The notes beneath the pieces are model-generated. The model was given only the letters and a program-made list of their open reading frames with translations, ran no database searches and was not told where the DNA came from. From Nemertoderma westbladi (Eukaryota > Animalia > Xenacoelomorpha), in the NCBI GenBank assembly GCA_032718475.1, contig JAUCBJ010006049.1:1-57206 (forward strand): 57,206 nucleotides of DNA, written 5' to 3'. Positions within the stretch are counted from its first letter, which is position 1. The number at the start of each line of letters is the position of its first letter. Below are positions 1-13,029 of this stretch, in pieces. Position numbers and translations under genes: made by a program.

Positions 1-2891
1 TCTCTACAGTTTGGTTGAATTTCTTAAATAGCGATTTTGTGATAGAACAGCTCAATTTTAATTTGTCTCTTATAAATGAGCCTCGTGCTGCGCGAAGGCA
101 CCACGAGCGCGTAGGTCTGGGAGCACAGACTCAACTCATTTTGAATAGCGGGTGGGGCCTACACTGCACAGATGGCAAATAATTAATTAAACTTACCAGC
201 TGATTTCAACTCACCTGAATACAATTAAACAAATTATAGAATTTCCTATAGATCCGATTACAACCAGACTAGTCAATATTATACCGAATGATACTCTCAG
301 AGACAAGTCTAACTGGGTGCTGACGTTGTCGGGGTCCTCAGTGGCGTTAACAACAGACACCATAATTGGGTTCTCTTAACCACAACACCAGAGTAGTTGC
401 AAGTGTTGCACAGAATAACTAGGGGTGACGTCACTAAATTCACCTAAATTAATCAAACCGGTTAAGAAATATCAGAAGTGAAATAATGTTGAAAATGAAA
501 TATAAAATTTCTAAACTTTATTTAGACCTACAAACTTTTTATAGTTAAAAGAGAGTATGCTAAAAATTATTACTAATTTGTTATAAGGAAATAAAATATT
601 GCTTTTTATCCCGCTGATCCAGATAGCGTCAGCGACTGAGTTTAATCATACATCAATGGGCCATAAAGGATTTAACGCGGTTTATTTCATTAATACCGTG
701 CGGAAATGTATTCCTAAAAATAGAACTTTGCCTGGACCACTACAATATATATACAGTATATATATAGGCCTATATGTTGCAATTAATAATATTCTTTAAG
801 AGATTAACTACATCAAACGAACGAGTAACTATTGGCAGTTCGGTACGAGGAGTGTGGAGAAAAACGGGACGGAACGCGTCGACTTAAATGCGTTCGAGGT
901 TAACGGCACCTGGTGACGGATTATTCGGAAACCGACGGATGAAACTACGTCGACTCTCGCAACGGTAATAGACGAACCCACCCGGCTCGTGGGTCGATAA
1001 GCGTGCTGCCTTCAGAGTCCGGTCGAGAACTTATATGCAACACTTTATAACCAGCCGGGATATACTTAGCACACTTTATATCCCGACGGCCATCTTTTAT
1101 CCACTTTGCACGTTAATGCTGTGCAGTTTTTTAGTATTTGGTAATATAGGTCATTTTTAGGAATAAAATCTACATTTGATTTGAATTGACATTCCCTTAC
1201 CTTAAAGTCACAGAATACATAACGGTTGTGCTACAATAAATAATACATCGATTAAAGTACCAAAATAATAATTAAACTATGTATTGTATGAAAATATTAT
1301 CCTTCTGCAAGTCAATAGTTATTCGTTCATTTTACGTGAAATTTTTGAAGTATTCTTCTGTATTACGTATTCTTAGTAGAATTTATGTATAAAATTTATG
1401 AATATTATTACTTATTTGATTACGGGCCGCGGTCTGATAAAAAGAAAATAATTATAATAATAAATAAGTGCTGTGACCCGAATGAACCGAGTGAAGGCAG
1501 CGAGAAAGATATAAGGGTTTCAAACGTTTAATTAAAAAACACTCTAAATATAATTGCTGAATATTGATGAAATACATATCCATCCATGCAACAAATTTCA
1601 GATACAACTGTATGGTAAACAATACTTAGCTAGCATAGGTTATCATGAAAAGGGATAAGCGTACAGTTGCTTCTCACAAAACCTCAACGTTCCCCAATCA
1701 ATAAACCTAATGATAGGCTCTTCAATGTCCATGTAATGGGTTAGTTGGCCATTAAGTAAACTGTCACAAGTCTAGCCCTAGTTTATAATTCCGCTCAATT
1801 TCTCCCATTAAGGTTACCTGACAGTTTATGATGGTTTTGGCCGCCCCTCCTGTAACCCGCTAGACCTGTCAACCACCAACTATCATCAGCATGATATTTA
1901 GCCGGTACACTGTGACGCCACCAAGAGGAGTTTAGAGTAACTGGAACTAATTGGCAACCCCCGATCGTACATTCCACACTCAAACAATGGAGAAATAATA
2001 CCCAATCAAGACTTTTATTGTTTCTAAGTTGTTATTATTTTTCAGAATTTTGTCGCATCGCTGCAAATTGAACTTTAATAAGATTTCATCAAATCGCTAA
2101 TAATTTAATATAATATTATGAAAAATTAATTAAGCGTAAGTAATGATTTCTTAGTAAAGATTTCTTAGGCGTTAAGACCAGGAATTACGACGTATTTCCA
2201 GAGAAGTTCCGTCAGAACTATACTCCCCGGCGGAAACTGGCACTCATTTTCCTACTATTTAAGATATAAATCAATCCTTTAGTTCCTTTAAATAATTTAT
2301 ATTGAATGAAAACTTTAGTAGATGATGGTGAGATCAGTTTAACAGGCCGCCCTTTTAATCTTAAATAATTGCCAGATAATTTAAATATAATTTTTCAATA
2401 GTTGGCGCAGCTGATAAAACATATAACACTTTGCATACAATATGAATATGCCAATGGTGTGCTAACCCAAAAGACCACAACATTATTCAGACCCCTAACA
2501 TTATCTGTAAATTCTGTTTAGGATATGACACTTAAAAATCGGTCTAAAAATAAAGTAAATGAACTAAATTAGTGACATTTAATAGAATAATCCATATATT
2601 ATTACGTTAGAGCAACAAAATAACTAACCTATTCAACTATTACAGAACAAAATGAGATATTATATTAATAGTAAATCAGCCTACACATAAACTTCCATTA
2701 CAGATAACAAAATGAAAATAATATTAATATATATTATGACAATCGAGTCATTCAATTGAACAGATACCGGTACCGGTATCGGAAAACTTCTTGCCGGACA
2801 TACTGGGATGATGGGGACAATTTATTATTTCCTGTATTCTAGAACAACACTCGAACAAACAAGAGATACTAAATAATAGTTGGCTAGTTTA

Positions 2892-3031
2892 GGGCCCCAT
2901 TGACACTACAGTCGTGGCTCTAACTGGTTAGAATTTAAGCCAGCTTGAAGCTAGTAGAACGGGTTTTATGCTGGCTTCAATATGTCTTTAAGCGAGCTCC
3001 ACAAACAACGCACTAAAGTGTGAATGGGACC
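2892..3031. mobile_element. PIF/Harbinger (Tourist-like) MITE, ~140 bp
   Basis: Imperfect TIRs GGGCCCCATTGACACT / AGTGTGAATGGGACC flanked by TTA on both sides (2889-2891, 3032-3034); a 3-bp TWA TSD is the Harbinger hallmark. Confidence 0.65.
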
Positions 3032-3191
3032 TTATATAATAAGTACCGTATTTATGCGACATAAAATTCAAAACCTGGTGGATTTTGCCGGTTTCTAATA
3101 TATTGATTAATATTCTAGAATATCATCGATGATTTACTCGGAATACTTTTTGGCAATTGTAGCAGAAATCAGTTTTAAATTGTGTTCTAGC

Positions 3192-3219
3192 CAAGGCGTT
3201 CTAGAACTAGAAAGCCTTG
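3192..3219. mobile_element. 28-bp palindromic micro-insertion with 8-bp TSD
   Basis: CAAGGCGTTCTAG-AA-CTAGAAAGCCTTG (13-bp arms, 1 mismatch) flanked by GTTCTAGC at 3184-3191 and 3220-3227. Confidence 0.6.
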
Positions 3220-4784
3220 GTTCTAGCACATAAACTAAAACTATGCCGCGTATATTTTATAAAAAAAGATAAAAACCACCCGCCAGTAACAAACGGTTTT
3301 TAATTTTTTATCACTTAAACTCAACGTACTAAGGAGGCGCACTAAAACTAGAGATAATAACATTTAAGCCGAATTGACATGGATGGATGTTGCTGACATT
3401 AAATATAGTTCGGTGTCAAACAATAAATATAAACACAACCCATTCGACAGAAAGCAAATACTAATGCGCCTTCACTTATATAACACGATAAATAAGCAAA
3501 ATTATTTGAATAATTTAATTAATTGGAGCCAAAACTCATAAAGCATTACTTTCCGTGGTCATCCTGGCTTAAATTATTATTATAAAAGATAAACTCAGCG
3601 TGTTGGTAGATGAGTTGAACAATGTACAACACGTAACAAACCCAGTTCTAGAATACACATTCATTCATATCCAGCTACTACATAAAAACATTGAGATAAA
3701 CAATAATTCGCAGCAGTAGTGCGGGGGGGGGGGGGATAATAATAATACAAAGACGATATACTTCTAAACATTATCTAGCACAGTGCTGGGCAAAAAAAAA
3801 ATAGGAAAAATCAGACAATCAAAATATTTATTTAAAAAAATTATAATTATTCTGGAATGTTCCCATTATACACAAACAATCGTCTTCTAGAACAATAAGC
3901 TATTTGATGTTCCAGAACTACTCGTTAACAAAAAATAAATGTTCTAGAAAAAATATTCTAGAACGTCTAGTTTCTGAATTACATTCTAAATTCCAAGGGA
4001 AACTGCGTGTTCCGTATTACATACCATAAGTAGAACAAAATAATTATAAATAGTGGTGTTATATTTTTTAGACAGTGGTTTATTATTTGATGTAAATTTT
4101 AATTTTGGTTTGTGTCATTGTGTGTCCCATTTTTAGTGAATAAGAACGTGAACAATAAAATCTAACTACAAATAATGAATTATCCTAAATGATAAATAAT
4201 ATTATGAATGAAAGACATTGATTGTTGCAATACTAACTAACCTACGCCTACCACATAGATTTTGTATTACAATTAATTAGAAGTATCTTAAATTAAATAA
4301 ATTAAACTGCAGAAGTTTCACAATTAATGTTCAATTATTTTACAGAACCTTAAAAAACCGAATAAGATAAAGAAGGATGTGCTCTACACAACAACGGAGC
4401 GTTCAATCAGGAAATATTGAGCGTCAATAAACAAGCTAACGTAAACAATAACAACATATTAGTTAAATGTAAATATACATAGAAAATCCAAAAGACATTC
4501 AACACAAAAAACAAAGCAAACAATTTGTCAACTAAATAAACGATTTCCATATTAAAGTAAGACAAAAATATTAATTTTTGTGTTCAAATAAATTGCGGCA
4601 AAAGGAATAATTTTGTGTTAAAAAGAAATCCTGCGAAAAGGATATTTCTTTGACCAGCACTGGATCTAGATACTTGAAAACATTAAATCGAATTGCGAAT
4701 TACTTTCCGAGTCCTGGGGAGGGAGGGGGGTATAGTGGTATATTGATCGCTACTCAATAGTTCTAGAACGCAGACATTCACTAT

Positions 4785-7700
4785 CTACATACTAGAGTAA
4801 GGTTGGCCGCCCCCGTAGGCGCCAAGGTGTGCCCCGTAGACCGGGGGCCCCCCGAACCCCGCGCCCCCCATCCCCTGGTACGGCCCCCCGGCCCCCTGGT
4901 ACGGCCCCGAGGTGATCATCAACGGCTGGGCGGACACGTAGGAATCGCCCCCCTTGCCCCCGCCCTCGCTGCCCTCCTCCTGGGCGACCCTGGCCGTCTC
5001 GGCCGCCTCCAGCCGGGTCACCCGACCCACCAGATCCCGCATCGACTGCACCATGTACGGCATCGCGAACTCCATGATATCGTGACGCCACGCTCTCTCG
5101 AGGATAACATCCGGAGACAACAAATCGTAACAATTATACAAACAGGCGGAGAAACACTCGTAATTCCGCTCCTCCAGGAACCACTCGAGTAGATCCTCCG
5201 CGAGCTTTTGATCCTTGGACTCGGAAGCGAACTGCATCGCGTCCTTATAGAGTCGGTCCTTCTTACACAACTCGATCGACTGCTTCCAGCGGTTGTTCGA
5301 CTTGTAGAGGAGCGCCCCGATCCGTCGGAACTCCACCAGATCGTGTTTCTCCAAACGCAACGCCAACTGGATCGTATCGAAGTTATCGAAAGCGTTGATA
5401 GAAGCGCGGAGACCGTCGTAATCTTCCTCCTCGATAAGGAGGTTGTTGAAGGCCTCATTGATGCTCTTATTGTTGTGGTTCTGCACGGAGCGGAGGTAGG
5501 GTTTAACGAGGGGGAGGTGGTTGGTCTTGGAGAAGAAGCCGACGGCCCTGGTGTGGTCCATTCGAGGGCTCAACACTAGGAGAAGATCGTTAATAAGCAT
5601 CGGTTTGTAGTCGAGATAGAACTGAATAGCCTTGTAGTACATCTCGATGTTGGCGACCTTGGTGATAACATCTTTAAAGTGGCTCTCCTTCCAGGCCTCC
5701 GTGGGGTGACTCATCATGGTTAGTATCGCGTTATCGAACTCCTCGTATTTATCGTAGAGGAACACCAACTCCGGCCAGAGATGGGCGGTCTCGGCGGCCC
5801 GGAGAACCTTCGGGATGTTGACGCGACTCCAGAACAACTCTAGGTGCTCCCGCATCTTATCCGGTTTGTACTTGGAGTAGAGGATGGACAGTTCGGTGAA
5901 CATCCCCATGTGGGCGCGCTCCAACCCCAGTGCGGCCTCCAGCAGGGCGATCAACGCGTCGAAGTAACCCCGCGTCTCGTAGAACCCGATCAACTCCTCC
6001 AGCTCGTCCGCGTGCACCACGATGTGCAAGCCGCACATCTGCGCGAGTCGGAATTCCTCGGCGTCGACGCACGCGAAACAGACCTCCTTCCAGGTCCGCG
6101 TCGAGTTGGCCTTCCTGCTCGAGTCGACGGCGGCCTGGAACTCGCCGAGGTAGACGAGGGTGATCGCGAGTCGGGCGAAGTTAGAGATGTTGTTGTAGAG
6201 GAGTTTAGCGGCCTCGAACATGCGAGCGTCGAAGCAACGATCCCCGACCTGCTGGATCTGCGCTTGGTTGGGCGAGGAGATAAACTCCTCGAGCTCGGCC
6301 AACCGGTTGGTTTTAGCGTAAGCGAACACCAACTCGGTCTCAACGTACGGCTCTTTAGTGCGTTTCCGAGCCATCACGAGGAACTTCACGAGATTCTCGA
6401 AGTCGTTAGCCTTATTAGCGGCGTCGATAACCTCCATGTAGCAGGTGGGATCCTCGGCCTTTATGTAGGAGTCGATGGCTTCCTTGACGAGCCCGTCCCG
6501 GAGTTGGGCGCGAGCCAACTGACTCCAGACGGCGGACTCGTTGCACCGCTCGGCGAACTCGTAGGCGCGGTCGAGGTTGCGGATGTTGTCGATGAGGACC
6601 TGGATGGCCGAGGCGTTCACGTCGAACTTCTTAAAGATCGCGAAGGCCTCCTCGAAGAGCTCCGATGTGATGGCGATGTTGGCGATGTCGGGAGCATCGT
6701 AGTTGTCAAGACGGTTGATGTATTCCATAACGCGAGAGCGATCCGCCTTAATCGCCGTTAGAATCAAAAGATTCTGAAGGTTTCGATGGTCGCTGAACAT
6801 CGAGTTCTCTAGAACGATCTTTTCGAGGAGTTCGATAAGTTCGTTGGGAAGATCGGCCGTCATGAAGGCCTTAACGGTGACGCTGATCTCCTCGGGGTCC
6901 TGGGCCTCGGACAGCGCGGTCTGCACGACCTGGTCGATGAGCTGCCGCCGGTAGGGGTTGTCGTCCACCAGCACGGTGGCCCACAGGTCCGTGTCCCGGC
7001 GTCGCACGAGGTACCGCGCCTCCGACTTGAACAACGAGTTGTCGTCGCAGACGCGGATCAACTCGGCGTCGCACTGGCCGCGCTCGTAGGCGACGCACGC
7101 GAGATGCGGGTCGCGTTTCTCGCAGTAGCGCCCGACGACCCGCGAGTCGTAGAATCGATTCTCCCGCAGGAATCTCTCCGGGTTGTTATTCGCGTCGATG
7201 TAGATCTTCGCCAAGGCGTTGTGGGTCGCCTGCTCCTCGGAACCCTCGTGGATCCGCGACTCCAACCACGGGAGCAGCAGTTTCATCCGATTCCGTTTCT
7301 CCACCTCCTCGACCAATTCATCCACGCTGAACTGCCCCCGGACGACCATAATGAGGTTCTTTATCACGTCCTCCTGGCAGTCAACGTCCAGCAGACCGCC
7401 GACAACCACGGGAAGGCGGGAGGGGTTCACTTTCTGCACGTAGATCTCGATGTACTTCTGGAGGTTGTTGCGGTAGAGGTAGAGGACGAGATCGTGGACG
7501 AAGTCGAAGCGATCGCAGACGATAATCAGGGGAAGTTGGTCGGAGAGTTTGGCTTCCTTCAGGAAGGATTTAACCTGTTCGGCGTCATAACAACTCGATT
7601 CCCTACAGATTCTCTCGACCTCTTTAATCTGTCCGGTCTTACAGGCCGCCTGGATGTACTTGAAATGAACCTCGGGGTCCTGGCTGAAGTTCACGATAGA

Positions 7701-9848
7701 ACCGAGGAAATAGAAGAGACCTTCGTAGCTCTTGAAACCTTCGAATAGGTCAATCAGCTGTTTGGTGCCGAGCTGTTCGTGGTATTTCGAGGCGATTTGC
7801 ACGCAGATCTGTAGATTCTGTCGGATGTTCGCTTGTAGCATCGCCTTGATGGACTCGAGGCTGTCCTCGACGCTGAGCGAACCGAAGAAGTTGACGAGCC
7901 ACTCGGGGTTCAGCAGGCTCGTGTGGACCACGGCGCGTTTGATATCGTAGATGTCGGTGTAGTGCTCGAGAGCGCGTTGAAGGAGTCCAACCTTCTCGCA
8001 GAGGGAGGCGATGTGGGGCCGGTCGTATTGCGTGAACATCTGGTTGCCGAGGATCGCGTCGGCGACCTGCGGGGCGGACAGCAGGTTCATCTCGAGCAAC
8101 CGGGTTTGCAACCCCGCCTCCTCGGGTTTGTTCCCTTTAAGGGCGTCCAACAGGAAGCTGGTGCATTGCTGGACGAGGTTGGACTCCATGAACACGTCGA
8201 CCAGCTGGTTGATATCGGCGGCGGGCGGATCCTCGGCGACCAACATCTGGGCGAACTGCAGCGCTTGATCCGGGTTCACCCGGCTGACCCCCCGCAGTAG
8301 GAAGATGTAATCCGGCGTGAAGCCGACCTTCTTGGAGTAGAGGATAATCTTCTGGAACTGTCCGGTTTCCGCGAAGCATTGTATAACCTTCTGCGGGATA
8401 TTAGCCCGGAGATAAACCGACAATGCCAATGTGGAATCCTGCGACTTAACGAGATCCCCTAACTCCTCGCTGCACTCGAGTTTCTCCTCTTTCAACCACT
8501 TCTCCACGAGCTGCTTGCGACCTTGCTGAAGAACCGGCCGACACAACTCCAAACTCTCGTACTTGTTCAGCATCCCCTGGTCCAGCAGGATCCCGAAGTA
8601 CTGCAGCATGGGGGAGGTCTGGCCCGGGACCGCGGGCACCTGCTTGAACCTCCCGATGGTCTGTGGGGTCCGCAGGATCCCCTTGGGAGTGTTAGCCGCC
8701 ACCTTGGCCGCCTCCGCGTAGTTCCCCTGGGTGAACAACGCGTTGAACTTGTGGACGAAGAGCTCGTCTGCTCCCCCGAGGTTGCATCGAGTCGCGAGCT
8801 TCAGTGCGAGGTCGTGATTCTGCAACGTCTGCGTCACATACTGCACCAGGTTGTCCTCGTCCACGGTCACCGAGAGAACCTGCCCCTTCCGGTTCACACC
8901 GATTATCCCGGATGTACTCTCGTGCATCGCCGTCACGAATATTGTATCCCCGGAGATTCGATTCATATAAATACAGACGCCACTCTCCAGATCGTAAACG
9001 TGGATGTAGCCGTACTTGGTGATCATATAGACGACGTGGTACTTGGAGCTGATCTGCATGGCGACAGGGAAGTCGGATTGAGCTTCCGGTGGGAAGAAAA
9101 CGTCTACGGCCTTCTTAGTGAAGGGTTGGTTCCCCTGCGGGGGAGTCCCCACTTCTATAACGTGGAGTTTCCCCCCGGTAGCGGAACGAACCGCGAAACA
9201 GAACAATGTGGATTCCTCCGCGTTCCCTTCAACTTTAAACTGCGAGAAGGCGGCGGCGTGCCCCTCTATCGGTTGGCTAACTTTCCGGTCCACCGAGTAC
9301 AACTGCATCGCCCCGACCACGCGGTTCTGCTGGGCCGATATACCGACGAGTAGCAGCCACTTCTGTTTGGCGTCGGTTCGGTAGTTGATTATCTGACAGC
9401 CGGTTAGACTCGCGTTACGATCGAACACCTTGGACGGGGTCGAGTCTCCATCGATACTCCAATGGTAGATGGTAGTATCGGTAACCATAGCCACCTGTTT
9501 ATCGTCGATCCACTTCCAGAATACAACATCCTCCTGCATCGCGTGGGCCTTCATCTTTGTTTTCATCTCGATGTTGAATATTTGTACAGTTTTCCCGGCT
9601 TTCAACGCGATCACCTTATAACTCGGATTCATTATGGCTGAATCCGCACTTATTGGTCGTCGGATTGGGTTAGAAGCATCGGCCATGTCGACAATAACCA
9701 CCTGGTTGTTGTCGCCGACCTTCTCTCGGACGCATATAAACTTATCCGACTCCATGGTAACTGTGGAGAAGCCGATGTTGGAAGCATTGATCCCGATGTT
9801 CTGTAGATGAACGTGTTCGGTAAACTTAATCGGTAAAATTTGAGCCAT
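4785..9848 (-). CDS. CLTC: Clathrin heavy chain, full length 1687 aa, no introns in the CDS
   Basis: N-terminus [20 protein letters not shown]; propeller motifs [13 protein letters not shown] and [15 protein letters not shown]; heavy-chain repeats; [21 protein letters not shown]; C-terminal QPLMITSGP (QLMLT-like motif); single ORF from ATG to TAG with strongly GC-rich third positions. Confidence 0.99.
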   Translation of the reverse strand: MAQILPIKFTEHVHLQNIGINASNIGFSTVTMESDKFICVREKVGDNNQVVIVDMADASNPIRRPISADSAIMNPSYKVIALKAGKTVQIFNIEMKTKMKAHAMQEDVVFWKWIDDKQVAMVTDTTIYHWSIDGDSTPSKVFDRNASLTGCQIINYRTDAKQKWLLLVGISAQQNRVVGAMQLYSVDRKVSQPIEGHAAAFSQFKVEGNAEESTLFCFAVRSATGGKLHVIEVGTPPQGNQPFTKKAVDVFFPPEAQSDFPVAMQISSKYHVVYMITKYGYIHVYDLESGVCIYMNRISGDTIFVTAMHESTSGIIGVNRKGQVLSVTVDEDNLVQYVTQTLQNHDLALKLATRCNLGGADELFVHKFNALFTQGNYAEAAKVAANTPKGILRTPQTIGRFKQVPAVPGQTSPMLQYFGILLDQGMLNKYESLELCRPVLQQGRKQLVEKWLKEEKLECSEELGDLVKSQDSTLALSVYLRANIPQKVIQCFAETGQFQKIILYSKKVGFTPDYIFLLRGVSRVNPDQALQFAQMLVAEDPPAADINQLVDVFMESNLVQQCTSFLLDALKGNKPEEAGLQTRLLEMNLLSAPQVADAILGNQMFTQYDRPHIASLCEKVGLLQRALEHYTDIYDIKRAVVHTSLLNPEWLVNFFGSLSVEDSLESIKAMLQANIRQNLQICVQIASKYHEQLGTKQLIDLFEGFKSYEGLFYFLGSIVNFSQDPEVHFKYIQAACKTGQIKEVERICRESSCYDAEQVKSFLKEAKLSDQLPLIIVCDRFDFVHDLVLYLYRNNLQKYIEIYVQKVNPSRLPVVVGGLLDVDCQEDVIKNLIMVVRGQFSVDELVEEVEKRNRMKLLLPWLESRIHEGSEEQATHNALAKIYIDANNNPERFLRENRFYDSRVVGRYCEKRDPHLACVAYERGQCDAELIRVCDDNSLFKSEARYLVRRRDTDLWATVLVDDNPYRRQLIDQVVQTALSEAQDPEEISVTVKAFMTADLPNELIELLEKIVLENSMFSDHRNLQNLLILTAIKADRSRVMEYINRLDNYDAPDIANIAITSELFEEAFAIFKKFDVNASAIQVLIDNIRNLDRAYEFAERCNESAVWSQLARAQLRDGLVKEAIDSYIKAEDPTCYMEVIDAANKANDFENLVKFLVMARKRTKEPYVETELVFAYAKTNRLAELEEFISSPNQAQIQQVGDRCFDARMFEAAKLLYNNISNFARLAITLVYLGEFQAAVDSSRKANSTRTWKEVCFACVDAEEFRLAQMCGLHIVVHADELEELIGFYETRGYFDALIALLEAALGLERAHMGMFTELSILYSKYKPDKMREHLELFWSRVNIPKVLRAAETAHLWPELVFLYDKYEEFDNAILTMMSHPTEAWKESHFKDVITKVANIEMYYKAIQFYLDYKPMLINDLLLVLSPRMDHTRAVGFFSKTNHLPLVKPYLRSVQNHNNKSINEAFNNLLIEEEDYDGLRASINAFDNFDTIQLALRLEKHDLVEFRRIGALLYKSNNRWKQSIELCKKDRLYKDAMQFASESKDQKLAEDLLEWFLEERNYECFSACLYNCYDLLSPDVILERAWRHDIMEFAMPYMVQSMRDLVGRVTRLEAAETARVAQEEGSEGGGKGGDSYVSAQPLMITSGPYQGAGGPYQGMGGAGFGGPPVYGAHLGAYGGGQPYSSM

Positions 9849-10315
9849 TGTGGATTGAGATTAGTAGTTGAGTTGTATGGTTGCAGCTTGCAGGGTTGTA
9901 GATAGGTAAGTAGTATATATTTAAACACCGTAGATTATATTGATTAATTCGCAGGCCAAGAACTGGTAAAAGGCTCTGTCGGTAACAATGCGTAAAAATT
10001 ATAGGCCTAAAGAAGTATTATTATTATTATATTATACTGTTATATAAGAGTATAATTACTAAATTAAGCAAACAGACTAAACAGTTTATTAAGTCCTGAA
10101 GTCAGTCTGATACAGCTGTACAGTGAAAGGCTGAAAGGTGAATATGAATGTTAACGTTAAGCCTACCCTTACTCCGGCAATTGCAATATGAAAACATAAA
10201 AAAATGATAATATACTTATCGGCAACCTGTGTATTATATAGCAGTATAGGCCTAAGCCTAATAATAATGCTAGACGTATATCTGTATATGGTATAAAGCT
10301 GTAGAGATAGACCTG

Positions 10316-11140
10316 AGATTGAGATTATTTATTGAGGACTAGTAACAGACTAATATAGTACGTAGTATAGGAACGGAACAACAACTGGTTAATAAGATAG
10401 GCATGGCAAACTGAAAGTAATTAACACAAGGCACAAAATCTAATCAGTTAAAATCACAAATTGAATTTTAAAAAGTAGAAGTACGTAATAGCCCAGTCTG
10501 TCGGTGTCGGTAACATAGATTAATTAAAATCACGAATCGAATTTAAGAATGTATCTAAATTAAAATCAAATTAAAATCACTGAAAATATTTAATTTATAG
10601 TAAGCCTACCAATTAATTAAAATCACAAATTTAATATAAAAGTTGTAGTAGAATAAAATGTATGTCTCATCTGCTCATATATAATATATATATATATATT
10701 ATATATAGGCCTACCTTGATTATTTCAAATAGTATGTATTAAAATATTGTCGTTTTTTATTGATGGTGTATATGATGTACCGAGAGGAATGCCCCTTGAG
10801 GTAAAGACCTCGTCTCTCAGGGGGTCCTCGTTAAAAAGTATTTAAAAATATAATTGAACTGCCATTTAAATAGTTACAGACAGGTGATGATCTTAATTCT
10901 TAACATTAGTTAAATATATGATAAAAGAAATGATATCATAAGTTAAATTAGTTAAAAATATGATTCATAAAAATGAATAAACAATTTTTCATCAATAAGA
11001 ATGATTAAAAATATGGTTAAAAATATTGGGAGCCAGTTTATTTTAGAGTTGTGTGAATAATCAATGTGCCCTCGATCGCCCAGGAAAGACAGAAGCGAAT
11101 GAACTTCCGCTGAAGCACATCTATCATAATCTTCTTTCGT
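10316..11140 (-). mobile_element. 3' end of a non-LTR retrotransposon (copy 1)
   Basis: Minus strand ends in AATAAATAATCTCAATCTC (polyA signal plus short repeat tail); 10316-10895 is homologous to 14885-15430; the extension to 11140 (ORF remnant) is tentative. Confidence 0.5.
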
Positions 11141-11907
11141 CAGATAGGCAATAGGCCTACTGTCTGACTGTAGTACCGGTAGTTGTTCCAAAGTACCAAT
11201 TTATTGAACTTGAAGCATAGTCTATAGGCTGATAGGCCTATACCGGTTGCATGCCGGTAACTGGGCAAGGTTGTATGAGCGTATTGCTGTATTGAATAGT
11301 ATTCGCCGTCGCCGTAGTCAGGTAGTCCCGAGTCTAGTACATTCTGACATTAGCATGACGATATAAAAAACGAATCCTATGGCTGCCTTTCACCTTTCAT
11401 TACTACACTTTCCAGTCTAGTCCACTAGCCCAATCGGGAAACACAGGCATTTCCAGATTGGGCAATAAATGTTTCCCGATCGGGAAAAATTAACATAAAC
11501 ATTTCTGCGCATTGACTGGTTAGGATGCGCATTACAGTTGAGGTGTAGGGATAATTACCTGTCCCTAGTGACCAATGGGTTTGATGCTCATTATGTACTT
11601 TTGCTGCTTTAAATTGCAATGTTTAATATAAGTTAATAAATCTAAGTTTCCTGATCAGGAAATTTATTATTGCCAGATCGGGAAACATTTTAATATTTCT
11701 ATAAATGTTTTATTGCCAGATCAGGAATATATTAAGAAGGATTTTCTATAATAATAATCTTAAATCATAAATTAAAAAGATGTGCACCAAAAATAACAAA
11801 ATTAATTCCGCCACCACACAAATATCATCGGGCCTACCACCAAAGCACCGGAAAGATATGTTGGAGCTCAGAGGCAAGGGATCAGTACCGATCAGGAAGG
11901 TCAGACC

Positions 11908-12567
11908 CCAGACTGGAATTCCTTACACTTTGCGCCGGATTAATCCGGCGCACTTTGCAATAAAAGCGCGCCAATGTGGCGCGTGGCGCGCTCGAAAATC
12001 GTAAAACGCGCCGACTTTGGCGCGTGGCGCGCTCGAAAATCGTAAAGCGCGCCGGCTTTCAGCTTTGGCGCGTGGCGCTCCCAAAAATAAAAACCGGCGC
12101 CGATTTGTTAGTTTACAGGTTTAACAATTATGGAAGTGCCTTAAAAATAGCATTAGCTGTTTAAAAATTTCGGCTCGCTTCGCTCGCCTTTCTTTTTCTG
12201 TTGTAGGGTTCAGTGGTTAGGCTACTGTTGTATTGTACAGTTGTATAGGGCCTACAGACTGACAGATATAGGGCAGCAGGGACTGGCTGACTGGTACAGC
12301 AGTCTGGCAGTACTGACTGACATTGACAGATTGGTTACACTCCCTCAAAATTGAATTTGCATTGGCGTCCCCGGCGCTCTTCAAAATTGTTTCAATGTGT
12401 GGCGCGCTTAAAAATTTAGTTGGCGCGGGGTTTCTTCGAAATTGCATCGGCGTGCTTAAAAATTTAGTTGGCGCGGGGTTTTTCTTCGAAATGGTATCGG
12501 CGCGCGGCGCGCATACAAATTGGTCGGCGCGCTATCCGGCGCACTTTTTGGATGGATTCCATACAGG
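11908..12567. mobile_element. Non-autonomous TIR element with GGCGCG subterminal repeats, inserted in the CRE ORF
   Basis: Imperfect TIRs (CCAGACTGGAAT..TGCGCCGGAT / CCTGTATGGAAT..TGCGCCGGAT); flanking direct repeat (G)GTCAGACC(CC) of 8-11 bp, so the exact boundary is ambiguous. Confidence 0.7.
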
Positions 12568-13029
12568 GTCAGACCCCCGCAGACCGGCACCGTCCCCAAA
12601 TCCGAGCGCCCTCCATGGCCGCCTACCACCATGCAGGCACAGGGAGCTCGAGCGCAGAAGCGCGAACTGTAAGCGCCTCCGCACTCCCCCTAACACACAA
12701 GCGAGGCCTCGCTCACGCATCCCCCGCTGCCGGGCCACGAGGGTCTCAGCGAGGTGGCGGATCAGAATATCGGCCTCCTTGCACCACACCCCGTCGGTGG
12801 TTCCGACTAGGGGGGTGAAGGAGATCCGACGATCTTCGCACACCCCGCTGTAGTGGACCATCTTGGAACGAACTCGCTGCTCGAGTACGGAGTCCAGGGA
12901 CTGATTAAGGTATGAGGGGGCGTCGGCGTTAACAATCGCAATGTCGAAAGATGCCACCCTCTGTTCGGCCCAGACTCCCCACGCCAGGAGATCCGCCCTA
13001 ACTCCACCCACCTCGCGGCCCTGTCTGTC

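Noticed and set aside
1472-2057. Possible solo LTR (TGTGAC...GTCGCA)
   Set aside because: No TSD and no second copy in the window
4792-9384. Many alternative-frame and antisense ORFs over the clathrin gene
   Set aside because: Shadow ORFs caused by high GC3 and stop-codon scarcity
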